Below are positions 46,240 to 58,200 of a DNA stretch of 64,000 nt, piece after piece. Under the pieces are notes generated by a model that worked only from the letters and a program-made list of their open reading frames with translations, was not told the DNA's origin and did no database searches. Positions within the stretch are counted from its first letter, which is position 1. The number at the start of each line of letters is the position of its first letter. This DNA is from Camelus ferus (taxonomy: Eukaryota), in the NCBI RefSeq assembly GCF_009834535.1, contig NC_045704.1, positions 9,486,001-9,550,000 of the forward strand, read 5' to 3'. Made by a program: the position numbers and the translations under genes.

Positions 46240-49200
46240 ATGTCGGGCGAGGACGGCCCGGGGGCGGGCCCCGGGGCGGCGGCGGCAGCGGCCCGGGAGC
46301 GGCGGCAGGAGCAGCTGCGGCGGTGGGGGGCGCGGGCGGGCTCCGAGCCGGGCCCCGGGGAGCGGCGCGCCCGCACCGTGCGCTTCGAACGCGCGGCCGA
46401 GTTCCTGGCGGCCTGCGCGGGCGGCGACCTGGACGAGGCGCGCCTGATGCTGCGCGCGGCCGACCCCGGCCCCGGCGCCGAGCCCGACCCTACCGCCCCG
46501 CAGCCCGCCCGCGCCGTGCTGGACTCCACCAACGCCGACGGCATCAGCGCCCTGCACCAGGTCAGCGCTCCCGCCCGGGCCCCTCCCGGGGACCTGATCC
46601 GCCCTGGGTCTGCGCCGCCTCGAGCACCCTCCCTCCCAGTCCTGGTGTGCACCGTGGTTGCCGCCCCGGTCCTTTCCCTCCCGTTTTGACTCCCTTTTCC
46701 CATCCCACCTACGTCGAGCTCCCCTCTTCCAATCCCGAACCACTTGGACTGGCCCTGGTCTTTGCCGTCTTGCGCTGCCCTCTCACTGGACTTGAGCCAT
46801 TGCTGAGGGCCCCAGTCCAGCCCACCTCACCGGTCCTCGTCTTGTCGCTTGACGCTGCTCTTCCCCGACCTTGAGCCCTCTTTACTAGTCTCTCCCGGGC
46901 CATCTCCGCCAGTGCCCTCTCTACCCTGCCGCCCACTGCTGCACCTCTTTCCTGAGTCTGTGCTGCTTCTTCCAGCTCCACCAGCGCCACCTCTTCTGGC
47001 AATACTTGTAGCACCTCTGGCCCGTTTTCTCCCCTCTAGGCAGGTACCACTTCCACTGCGCAGCACCCTTGTCTTTCCTGGGTCTGTGCTGCTTCCTCCC
47101 CTGGTCTCTGGTTTGAGCCACCTCTTTGACTAGGTCCAGCACCTTCCATGACACTCCTTTCGGGTTTCTCCTTCTCGTCCTTGGTCTCTGTCATCTGTTG
47201 CTATCTAAGGATGCTCCTTCCTGAGCCACTGCCTTCAAGGCTCTGTGCACTTGAAGTGGATGCTTGCCCCATCTGGGCCAGTGCATCCTCTCTCCCCTGC
47301 TCCCTCCTCCGCCTCCTGCCCTCTTCATTCTCCTTCCGGGTCCTGTGCCACCTCAAGCCTCCCACTGTGGGCCTTCTCTCAGGGATGTTTCTTCTCCAGG
47401 CACCTGCTCTCCCCCTCACTCCTCTTGCCTTGCCTAGACCTGCACCATTACCTTTTTTTTCTGGGCAAACTCAAGGCATCCACCTCTTCCTGGCTTTGGG
47501 CCACCTGTCTATCCCCTGGCTATCTTGCTTTCTCTGCTCTGATACTCTCCTGTGGATTTGGGCAGCTTCTCCCTCCCACAGAGTGCACGATCTCTTCTAG
47601 CCCCATGTCATAGCACCATACTGAGGGTTTGAGAACCCTGTTAGTCCTCACTCTCTACAGTCTGGGTCCCCTTGCCTTTCCAAGAAGACACCCTGATTTC
47701 TGCCTCCAGTGTTCCCGTGTTCCAGAACCAGGGCCACCTTATGTCCCAGAACCAGGGCTCTCTGATTTTGGGTGCTTTTATCACTCCTTCCCCTCCTCCA
47801 GTGGGACCACCAGGGACAGGCCACAGAAGATCCTCCATCCCCTCCCTCTGTCCCTGAGGCCGTCTCCTTCCTATTCTCCCCAGATGGATTCAGCCCCCAG
47901 CCCTCTTTTCCCTGCCAGAACCCTTAGGGTTTGGACGCAGAGAGGACCCTGGGAAGGAAAGGTTGGCAGAGGGTAGGAGGATGAGACAGATGCCTGAAGA
48001 GGCCCACTTCCTGGGAAGAGGAGCAGTTTAGGAAAATGGGACAGACCTGAGTTCTCATCTCAGCTCCTCAACTTTGTGACCTTGAATTAGTGTCTTTTCT
48101 CTCTGTGCCTCAGGTTTCTTATCTGTTAAATGGGGCCAGTAGCCAGTCCCTCCCAGGCAGAGCTCTTGTGAAGAAAGACAAACACCCTTCATGAAGCACC
48201 GTAGACCTTCAATTGAGGGGTTGCAGCCCCTGGTCTAAGTGGTACCCCTCCCCCCTTTCTCTTTCCCTCTCCCCAGGTCTGTCCCCTGCAGAGGCCCCAG
48301 TGTTATCTGGGACATTGTCTTCCATCTCAAGGAGGGTCCCACTTCCTGAGGCCTTGCGGGATCTCAGAGCTTGGCACACCCAGGAAAGAGGCTTCAGGCT
48401 TCAGTGTCCCCCTTCCTCTACCACCATGCCTACTCCTGACTCCCTTGGACCTTCCCGAAGGGGTTCTTGGATCTGTTTTTCAGGCCAAGCCCCATTCTGC
48501 AGCCCCCCCCCCCACGGGCCGGGGCCCTGCCAAAGGCCACTCCAGCCTGGCCTGTTAAGTGGGACCCCCCTCAACCCCCACGGCAGGCACGCACTTGGTA
48601 AACTCCCTTTCCAGGGCTTTGCAGGAGGCCTGAAGGATTAGGGCCTCTGAGCTTCAGAGAGGGGGAGTCCCTGCCTCAGGTCACACAGCCGGCCAGCGGG
48701 GCAGCTGGGGTTTGGGTCAGGTCTGGGTGTCTGGTGACCAGTGCTGGCTGGTGTGCCGGGGACTGGCCTGGTTTTAACACTGAAAGTCCCAGGTCCCAGG
48801 AAACCCCCAGCCTCGTGCAACCCGGGACAGCTGCTCACATGGTCTGGGTGAGACCTAGGGCTGTGGTTTCTGCTCTGCATCCTTCCCAGAGCAGGTCCCC
48901 AGGCATTGGTCCCTGCCTAGGTTGTGTCCCCGGAAGTTCTCAAGCCTCAGTCCCTACCTCAGGCCGGTTTGTCAGCTGCTTGAGGTGACTGGTGTGCTCT
49001 ACCCCTTCCTTGAAGTTGCCTTGTAATTAGTGCCCAGGGGTCTGGGTCTGGACTAGGAAGGACTGTGAGCCAGGATGCTTAGGTCTAAACAGGGAGGAGT
49101 CGGGGAACCTGGACCCCTGGGTCTGAGGGAGGAGGGGCTGGTGCCTGGATTTTTGGATCCCTGGTGCCCGGGCCTCAGCCATCTTTCACATGGATGCCTG

Positions 49201-52200
49201 TGCCCGGCCAGGTCCTTGAAAGGGAAAGGCCCATCTCCCTCCTTGCCCCCCCCATCACCATGACAACCGAGTGGAAATAAACGGAGCCCAGAGTTCATCC
49301 CGTTCCCAGGGCACGTGTGGCCCCCCTTTCGCGGCCTGAGTTTCCATGACTTCATGCTCTTGGCCCTCGTAGCTTCCTCCACTCTTCTGCAGATGGATGG
49401 TTTGGGAGAGGTGAGGGAGCTGAGGGTTAACTTACCCTGAGGACCCAGGAGTCCAGGGCCACCGCCATCTACCAGGCGCTGCTCGGGTCCCAGTGGCCAC
49501 CTGGAGTTTGCGTGCGCCCTGGGCCAAGTCCCTTCTCCGGGCCCGCTTGCTGTGCCACCTTGGGCAAGGGCTTTTGTCTCCTGAGCTTTGACTCTTCCTC
49601 CATGAAACAGGATCCTGACAGCGGTAGGATGAGGGACAATGGCCCATGGAAACGCCCTGTGCATAGTAGGCCCTCAGTGCATGGAAGCTGCCTCTCCTTG
49701 GACCCCAGGCCCTGGGCACATGCTCACACGGCCGTGTCTCCCAGTGTAGGAATCCCTCCTAGTACCCTCGCTCTGCCCCGCATTCCCAGGGACCTGGAGA
49801 CTTTACCAGCCCTGCACAGCCTTGGGCCCCGGGGATCTAGCTGTCTCCCTTCCGGGTATGAGGCAGGGCCATGGTCAGTTCNNNNNNNNNNNNNNNNNNN
49901 NNNNNNNNNNNNNNNNNNNNNNNNNNNNNNNNNNNNNNNNNNNNNNNNNNNNNNNNNNNNNNNNNNNNNNNNNNNNNNNNNNNNNNNNNNNNNNNNNNNN
50001 NNNNNNNNNNNNNNNNNNNNNNNNNNNNNNNNNNNNNNNNNNNNNNNNNNNNNNNNNNNNNNNNNNNNNNNNNNNNNNNNNNNNNNNNNNNNNNNNNNNN
50101 NNNNNNNNNNNNNNNNNNNNNNNNNNNNNNNNNNNNNNNNNNNNNNNNNNNNNNNNNNNNNNNNNNNNNNNNNNNNNNNNNNNNNNNNNNNNNNNNNNNN
50201 NNNNNNNNNNNNNNNNNNNNNNNNNNNNNNNNNNNNNNNNNNNNNNNNNNNNNNNNNNNNNNNNNNNNNNNNNNNNNNNNNNNNNNNNNNNNNNNNNNNN
50301 NNNNNNNNNNNNNNNNNNNNNNNNNNNNNNNNNNNNNNGGTCTGAGGGGAAGGTGTCAGGTCTCTTCCCTTTGGTCCATCACTGGAAGCCCCACCCTCCA
50401 GTGTTGACTGTGGAGAACATCTCACCTGTAAGCATCAGTCAGGATTCCTACACCTGGATGAAGACCCCTCTCTTCTCTATCCAGTTCCTACTTGCCTGGT
50501 TGCTGGGAGCCCTCCTCTCATGGTCTCCAGTGAGCTCCAGATGCCTGACTGACCTGACCACTGGGAAACCGGGGTGGGGAGGGTGTCTTAAACAGCTAGG
50601 TGGCTGGAGGGGCCTCTGGGGGCAGGGCCTATCCCAGGGCCACTGGGGTCCTCTCCTTGAATGTTGTGGCCAGTTGGCGCCTGGATCCCCATCAGGAGTC
50701 CAGTCTTGCCAGGAGTGCGGTGTCGAGTGGGTGAGGGCTGATAGCCCTGTCCCCGCCCTCCAGGCCTGCATCGACGAGAACCTGGAGGTGGTGCGCTTCC
50801 TGGTGGAGCAGGGCGCCACCGTGAACCAGGCAGACAACGAGGGCTGGACGCCCCTACACGTGGCCGCCTCCTGTGGTTACCTGGACATCGCCAGGTGAGG
50901 CGGGGAGGATGGGTGAGGCCTGACGGGGGCTGGGGCTAGGGCTTGGAGCCCTCGGCCCTGACCTCGCCCTGCCCCCAGGTACCTCCTGAGCCATGGGGCC
51001 AACATCGCCGCTGTCAACAGCGATGGGGACCTGCCCCTGGACCTGGCTGAGTCTGACCCCATGGAGGGGCTGCTGAAGGCGGAGATCGCCCGCAGAGGTG
51101 GGCCTCGGGGGCTGCCAAGGGCGGGCCCTCCACTTCCTAGGACCCTGACCCCCTTCACCTCCCTCACTGTCCATACTTGGGAAACTGGGTGTGAACACCT
51201 ACCCTCAGGGTTGCTGGGACTGTTAATTGAGTAATCGAGGCACTGGAGGGAGTGCTTGTGTCTCTGCTCCACACAGAATAAGAGCACAAACCATCATTGA
51301 CCCGAAGCTTTGTCTTGTCCTCTGAGTAACTGAGGAAACTGAGGCAGGGCAGGTCCAGGGGCCAATGAGGTGAGACTGCAGGTCTTCGTGGGAGTTTTAC
51401 TAGCAAGCAGGCAGAGGGATGCAGAGGCTTCTGGGGGACCGGTCTCCTGGGCTCAGGACCGCTGAACCCCAGGGGTCCCTAATATGGGGCTCAGGACCCC
51501 CCAAGGCCTGTATGTGGCCAGTTCAGTTTTCTAGGCGGAGTGTATGTTACTTCTAGCAGGATCTCAGAGGGGCTTGTGGCCTCCCTCCCCCCACCCCCCT
51601 AAAAATAGCTGTCTAGGACCAGATGGCATGTAGGGTGCATGGGCAAGTCTGGGTGGGGGACAGCAGGTAGCATCACTGAGTCTCCGGAGCCCTGCAGCCG
51701 TGCAGGGTCATAAGCATGGCTTCTGGAGCCCCGCTCTCTGTGTGTGAGGGTGACTGTCTGGTTGCTGGAGTGAGCCAGTGGTCAGGGTTCAGTCATGAGA
51801 AGGTGTGAGTGCAGGGCCTGGTGGGTCTTGGGGGCCGTGCGGGCGCAGGGAGGCTGATGAAGAACATGGGCCGGGGAGCCCCAGGTGACGCCCGGGTTCC
51901 TGGCTTGGTCGGGTTGCAGCGCTCTGGCTGGGATGGGAGGGCCAAAGGCCTGACCCAGGCAGGTCATGTGTTGGTGGCCGTGGGAGCCTTGCAGGGCTCC
52001 TGAGATGGACGGCTGAGGTCCCTGTTTGGTTCATGTTGGGGAGTGAGCAAAACTAGGGCAGCGCCGGGGTCTCCTCCCTCCTCTCATCCACTTTTTATCT
52101 CGAAAAGCTTCCAACTCAGAGGCGGGTTTCAACTGCAGTCCGACAGGTGGCTTTATGGCCTTCGCTGAGACTGACCGGAGCTCTTTAGCATCTTTATGGA

Positions 52201-55200
52201 GGCAGGACTCGGTGCGGACAGCTCAGCCTTGAAAGTATAGATCTGGTTGTTTTTTTGTTTGTTTGTTTTGTTTTTTTAGTTTATTGACACTCAATGTTGT
52301 GCGTCCATCACCACATTGGTTTTAGGGGATTTTGATCATCCCCAAAGAAACCCCACACCCCTGAGCTGTCACCCCCCAATCCTCCAGCCCCCTCGGCCCT
52401 GGGAAGCCGCCCATTGGCTTTGTCTCCACAGATGTGCCTGTTCTGGACGTTCTGTATAAGTGGAGTCATAAAGCACAGGCTCTGCGGGTTTTGCCTTTTG
52501 GCACATTTGCATGTGCTTCCTCCCTCTCCCCGCCCCCATCCGTAAATTGCCGTTCCCCGCCTTTCCTCCCTCCCTCCCTCTTTCTCTTCCTCCTCCCTGG
52601 CTTCCTCCCTCTCCTTCCTGAACCATTTTGAGATGTTTCAGACACGGTTGCTCCACCTGGGGAGACGCAGGAGCCCAGATGTAAAACAAGGCCACTTTCC
52701 TCGTAACCGCCACGGGGGTGGGACACTGTTTCTCTCCCCTCAGCGTCTGGACGCTGACTGTGATGGTGAAATGTTACCTATCTTGGGCACTGTCGCCTTA
52801 TCCCGCTGCTTCGGGACCTGCCCGGCTCCCTCCCGGTACCCGGCCCTCCTGTCACCTTGGTCTCCCTCCCTCTGGACCAGCCCTCACTCCCCTCACCTCC
52901 CCTGTTTCACACGGTGGTCCCTCAGCCTGGACCTGACTGGTTCTTCGGTTCAGCATCCTTGGCAGGAACCTCTCAGCACGTGCCTCGGGGACACATGGTC
53001 TGTCTGCCCCCCCCCCCCCCCCCCCCCCGTTACTGGTGGTGGTAACTTCAAACTTCCTTCAGGGGGTCGCCCAGGTGACTCTACTTCAGAAGCATCTTCC
53101 TCCCTCTGTAGTTAAAAAGTAGTCTGCAGGGCGATGCTTGCAGGCCGCTTCTCTGGGCCAAGAATGGCCAGCAGGGGTGGGTGATTTCTCAGATGTTCTG
53201 TGTGTTTCTACAGGAACTGCCTGTAGCTCACGTCACCTTCTCACGGGGGCCTGTGTGCCCTTCTGCAGGGCAAGGAGAAGGTGGGGGGGAGATATTGGCC
53301 GGTAGGGCCAAGCAGGCACAAAGGCTGGTGGTACTGACGGGAGGACTCTCTGCTGTGCTGCTAGGGGTGGGACAGGCTGCAAAGAGCACCGCGGCTGCTG
53401 CCTCTGGGATCCAGAGGCCTTGGCCCACGTGGCCCCGCGATGCTCGCCTTCACACGGAAGCCTTGGCGGAGTGTGGTGGGCAGAATCTGGGTCGCCGCTG
53501 GAAGGTCTCCGGACCTCCTGGCTCAGCTGCTGAATGAGGCGCGACTCGTTGCGAGCACCAGAACCCATGGCAACCTGGCTCGGGCCAGGGGAGTCTCACA
53601 CACCCCTGTGCACAGCAGCATTGTTCACAGTAGCAAAAGGGTGGGCGCAGCCCAGGTGCTCATTGAAGGATGCCTCCTGGACAAGCACCGTGTGGCGTGT
53701 ACGTGCAGTGGAATAGTACCCAGCCTGAAGAAGGAGGGCATTCTGACCCTGGCTACAGCATGGGTGAAGCTTAAGGATGGTATGCTAAGGAGATAAGTCA
53801 GGCACAAAAAGTGCAAATACTGTGATTCCACGTATGTGAGGGATTTGACTAAAATAGTCAGACTCATAGAGATGGAGGGTAGAAGGTAGTTGCCAGGGGC
53901 TGGGGGAGTGGAGGGTGAGGAGTTATTTAATGGATGCAGGGTTTCACTTTTGCAAGAGGAGAGAGTTCTGGAGATGGATGGTGATGGTGGCTGCTCAACA
54001 GCGTGAGTGTACTTAATGCTGCTGAACCGCGTGTGTAAAAATGGTTAAGATGGTAAATTCTGTGTGTATTTTACCACAGTTAAAAAAAGAAGGCAATTTA
54101 TGGGCTTGTGTAACTGACATCTAGGAGTTATATGGACTTCAGGCATGGTTTGATCCAGGGGCACAGACGAAGTTAAAAGCATCCCCCCATCCCTCTGCTG
54201 AACTCTGCACTGACGTCATTCTTGGGCAGGTTCTCTCAGTGAGATGCTTAGCAAGGCTTCCAGCAGTGCAGGCTGATACCCCAGCTGAAGTAGAAGTAGG
54301 TCCCTCAGTAGTCCTGGCCACGGCCCTCTGCCTGATGCAAGCCTGGGCCTTGGTCACAAGCCTGCCCCTGAGCCGGTCACTGTGGCAGGGAGGATGGTCA
54401 GGCCTGGTGACGTGGGTGCCCGTGGAGCCACGCTGTGGGGCTCAGTCATGTCGCAACCAGGTGGGTTGATAGCAGGGGTGAGGAGAAGGAAGACGTTATA
54501 GAGGCGGGATGGATGCTGGCCAGTCCAGTCAACGGCTCCGCTATGGATGCCGTCCCCACAGCCCAGGCCGCAGCACGGTGTCCTGTGCCGACAGGACCCC
54601 CTGGCCACGTTACTCTGAAGGGCCATGGTTGAGGACCCACAGGGACTTGGAACTGGGCAGGACACTTGAAGAGTTTCTGAAACATTTGAAGCAATCCCAC
54701 TCAGAATCCCAACATCAGAGACAGGTGGAGGGAGGGACTCCCTCTCAAAGGCAGGCAGCGTGGGCAGTCAGTCCCAGGGCTGGCGAGGCAGGGCCAGGGC
54801 ACGCCCATTTCTGGCCGGCAGGGGCATTGGTGGTTGTGGCCGCTGTGGGAAACAGCTGGCCACCCTGGATCATAGCTGAAGACCTGCATTCCCAGTGTTC
54901 TAGCTGTTCCACACCTAGGCCACCTGCTGGAGGCCCTCCACCCGCTGGCCTACGTCTTGTCGTTTGTCATTGTGAGAGGATGTGGCTGACACCAAAGGAA
55001 AAGCGGATCAATTGATAATCTATAAATGAATGACCTAAGCTGGGCTTGGCGGATATTCTAGGCAGTAAATATTTTAGGCTTTTCAGGATGCGCTGTCATT
55101 TTACCAGTGCCCACCCTGCCCCCCACAGTGGGGGAAACAGGCAGGCAGGATATGTAAGTGAGTGGGTGTGGCCACATTCTATTAAATCTTTATTTAAAAA

Positions 55201-58200
55201 CACGAGTGCCTTCCAGTGACAGGAAGTAGGTAGGTGGTTGCCAGGGGCCTTAGGAGGGAGGTACAGGGAGTGACTGATGAATGGGGTGTGAGGTTTCCAC
55301 TGGGGGCATGAAAAAGTGCCACAGATGGATGAGTCAATGGCTGTGCACTATGAGTGTCCTGAATGCCACTGAATGGCATACTTTCAAATAGTGAAATAGG
55401 TGAACTTTATGTTACATTTTTTTTACCACCGCCACCACGAAGAAAGTAAAAGACCAAACAGGTGGCCTGTACCCACAGGACGTAGGTTGCCAACCTCCAT
55501 CAAGAGCTCTGTTAATAAACTCGGGCAAATCTCAGCAAAAGGCAGAACTGCAGAAGGATGGGTATGAACAGGCAGGTCGTAACTGCGTTTGCTGAATGAA
55601 AGGCCAGCAAACTCCGCCCTTCCCGCAGCAGGGCGCCTGCATCTGTAACAGGGCTGAATGTAGGCGATTCCCTTTGAAGAGGAGTGGGAGAGGGTGGGTC
55701 TCTGAGTCCCCCGCACTCTGCAGGCCCCCACCCCAGTCTGGGCCTGGGAGATGTGCCCTAACCAACCATGCATTCCTGGGATAGCCACTGGAGACTCACA
55801 GATGAGCCCGTTGGAGTTTAGTTCCAGCGCCCAGGTGCCACCGGGTGGCGCCAATGTGCAGCCGGACCCGGAAGGATTTGGTCCTGGTGGGGGATTGTGT
55901 TTCGGGGGTCCCACTGTAACCCTGGAGCAGACGTTTGCGGTATTGTAATAAGGACATACAACCAGGTTCGCATTTGTGAAAGCAGGTTTGTGATGGCGGC
56001 CACCGCTCGGGCCGCAAGGAGCAGGATGAGGTGGGCAGGGGGCGTGGGGCTTTGGTAGCCTCTGTCACGTTTTAGCGTGCACGGGGTCCGTGCCAGCGCT
56101 GCCCTGCGGGAAGCCGGTGCGAGCCATGTGCGTCTTTGAGGATTTTCAAGTAGGTGAATTTCAAAAAAGAAAAAGCAAACAGGTGAACTTAATTTTAATA
56201 ACATTTTATTTAACAAAAGTATGTCCAAGACATCAATATAAAAAAACTTTGTGAGCTGCCACACATTTTTTAAAAAATCATACTTGGAAACCCGGTGGGT
56301 GGTTCACACTTACTACACATCTCAGAGGGGAGACGCCACAGTTCAGGTGCTCCGTAGCTGCACGTGGCTGACAGCTTTTGTGCAGGACGGCTCAGCTCTG
56401 GGCAGCACTGGGGTGAGTGAGAAATGTCACAACTGCAAAAGTAACAGCCGGTGATAAAACTCCCAGGAGAAGGTGCACACATTCTCTAGAAAAGGCCATT
56501 TTTGACTCCCGTCTCAGTAGTTTATAACCTGCAAAGTACAGATTCTCAGTGACAGCCAGCAGATGACATTCCAGCCTCAGCAAAGCTGACTGTTTCGATC
56601 CACAGTTAACTGAAAGTCATAACTGGCCTTTTGCAGCCATAAATACGGTACAGCTTGCTACGAAACCGGTCGGAGACAGTGAAATCGACTGGTGAGGAAG
56701 CGTGCTGGCCTCTGGCCAGCTGGTGCAGGTGACGGCACGCCGAGAGCGCATCTGCGCCTGGTGGGCAGGTGCTGCCGCCCCAGCGGGACGCACACCGCTC
56801 AGTGGCTTTTTGCTGGGTATGTCCTCATGAGTGCTCAGCGTGGTCCTGGTGACCGAATGCCTGGCTGAGGGCTGTATTGGCAGTGCTAGGAGATGTCAGG
56901 GTGACCGAACGCTGCGTTTGCTCAGTGAACTGGAGGTTTTATACTTAGAAATAATGACACAGGCAATACTTTGGGTTAAAATGGGAAAAGGCCTGCGGTC
57001 TCCATCTTCCCAGCCTCCAGCAGTGAGTCGGAGACCCTCAGTGGAGCCCAGGACCGCACAGAGCATGGCTGGGAAGTGCTGAGCTGGTCCAGGTCCCTGA
57101 GTCCCTGGCGCCCACAGAGCAGGGGGACCAGGCTGGGTACCACCGTGTGCTTCCTGGATCTCGGGGTGTGAGTTCCACCTGTTCCCCCTTCTCGTCCTCC
57201 CAGGGGTGGATGTGGAGGCAGCCAGACGGGCCGAGGAGGAATTGCTCCTTCACGACACAAGGTGCTGGCTGAACGGGGGCGCCATGCCCGAGGCCCGGCA
57301 TCCCCGCACGGGGGCCTCTGCCCTGCACGTGGCCGCCGCCAAGGGCTACATCGAAGTGATGAGGTGAGCTGGGCTGGTGTAGACCCTCCCTTTCCCCTGC
57401 TCCTTCTCGCTGTCTCACACCTTCCTGTGGGTTTTCTCCACTCCTGTCCTTTTCTAATCCACGCGCCTAAGGCCACGCATTTCCTTCTGAGTACAGCCTC
57501 AGCTGCGTCTGCAGGTCTGATGTGCAGCCTTCTCTCTGTCCTTCAGTTTAAAACATTTTCCAGCTGCCAATCCTCTCTGACCCATGCGCCGTTCAGAAGT
57601 ATGTCATTCGTTTCCGAACACATAGCATTTTCTAGTCATCGTTTCATTCCAGGCCTGCCTCGTCTATCGTGCTTTGCAGATACTGTGGGGTTTGTTTGTT
57701 TTACAAATTGAAGGTTTGTTGCAACCCTGCATTGTCAGATGATGGTAAGCATTTTTTAGCAATAAAGTGTTTTTGATGAAGGTATGCACACTAGCTTTCT
57801 AGATGTAGCGCCATCACACGCTATACTAGGCGACGCTGCAGTGAAGACATAACTCCCACGTGCACCGGGAAACCGCAGAGTTCGTGCGCCTTGCTGCAAT
57901 GTGACGCCTGCTTTACCTCGGTGGTCTGGAGCTGAGCCCTCAGCATCTCTGAGGGCTGCCTGTACGCGTTTCCTGCCGTCACTGCACGGGGCTGTTGGAG
58001 GATGGGTTCTGTGTGATTCCAGGTTTCTGAAATTTCATTGAGATTCACTTCATAGCCCAGTGCGCGTAACCTGGAAAAGAGCTGTGTTGCAAAGTACAGC
58101 GATCTATGTAGGTCACGAGGTCAGCTTTGCAGTTGTGCTATTTAAGTCTTCTATATCCTTAGTGATCTTTTTTCCCCACCTGCTTATTCTGTCAGTTGCT

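Noticed and set aside
45651-46743. Long overlapping ORFs (350, 250, 242 and 185 aa) at the PPP1R12C start
   Set aside because: Stop-poor CpG-island shadows rich in Ala/Arg/Pro/Gly; only the frame from ATG 46240 matches the known protein.
49512-50898. ORFs of 178-358 aa
   Set aside because: Length is an artefact of translating through a 457-N gap.
53007-53028. Run of about 22 C (i-motif/G4 candidate)
   Set aside because: Isolated homopolymer of unreliable length in a draft assembly, with no supporting context.
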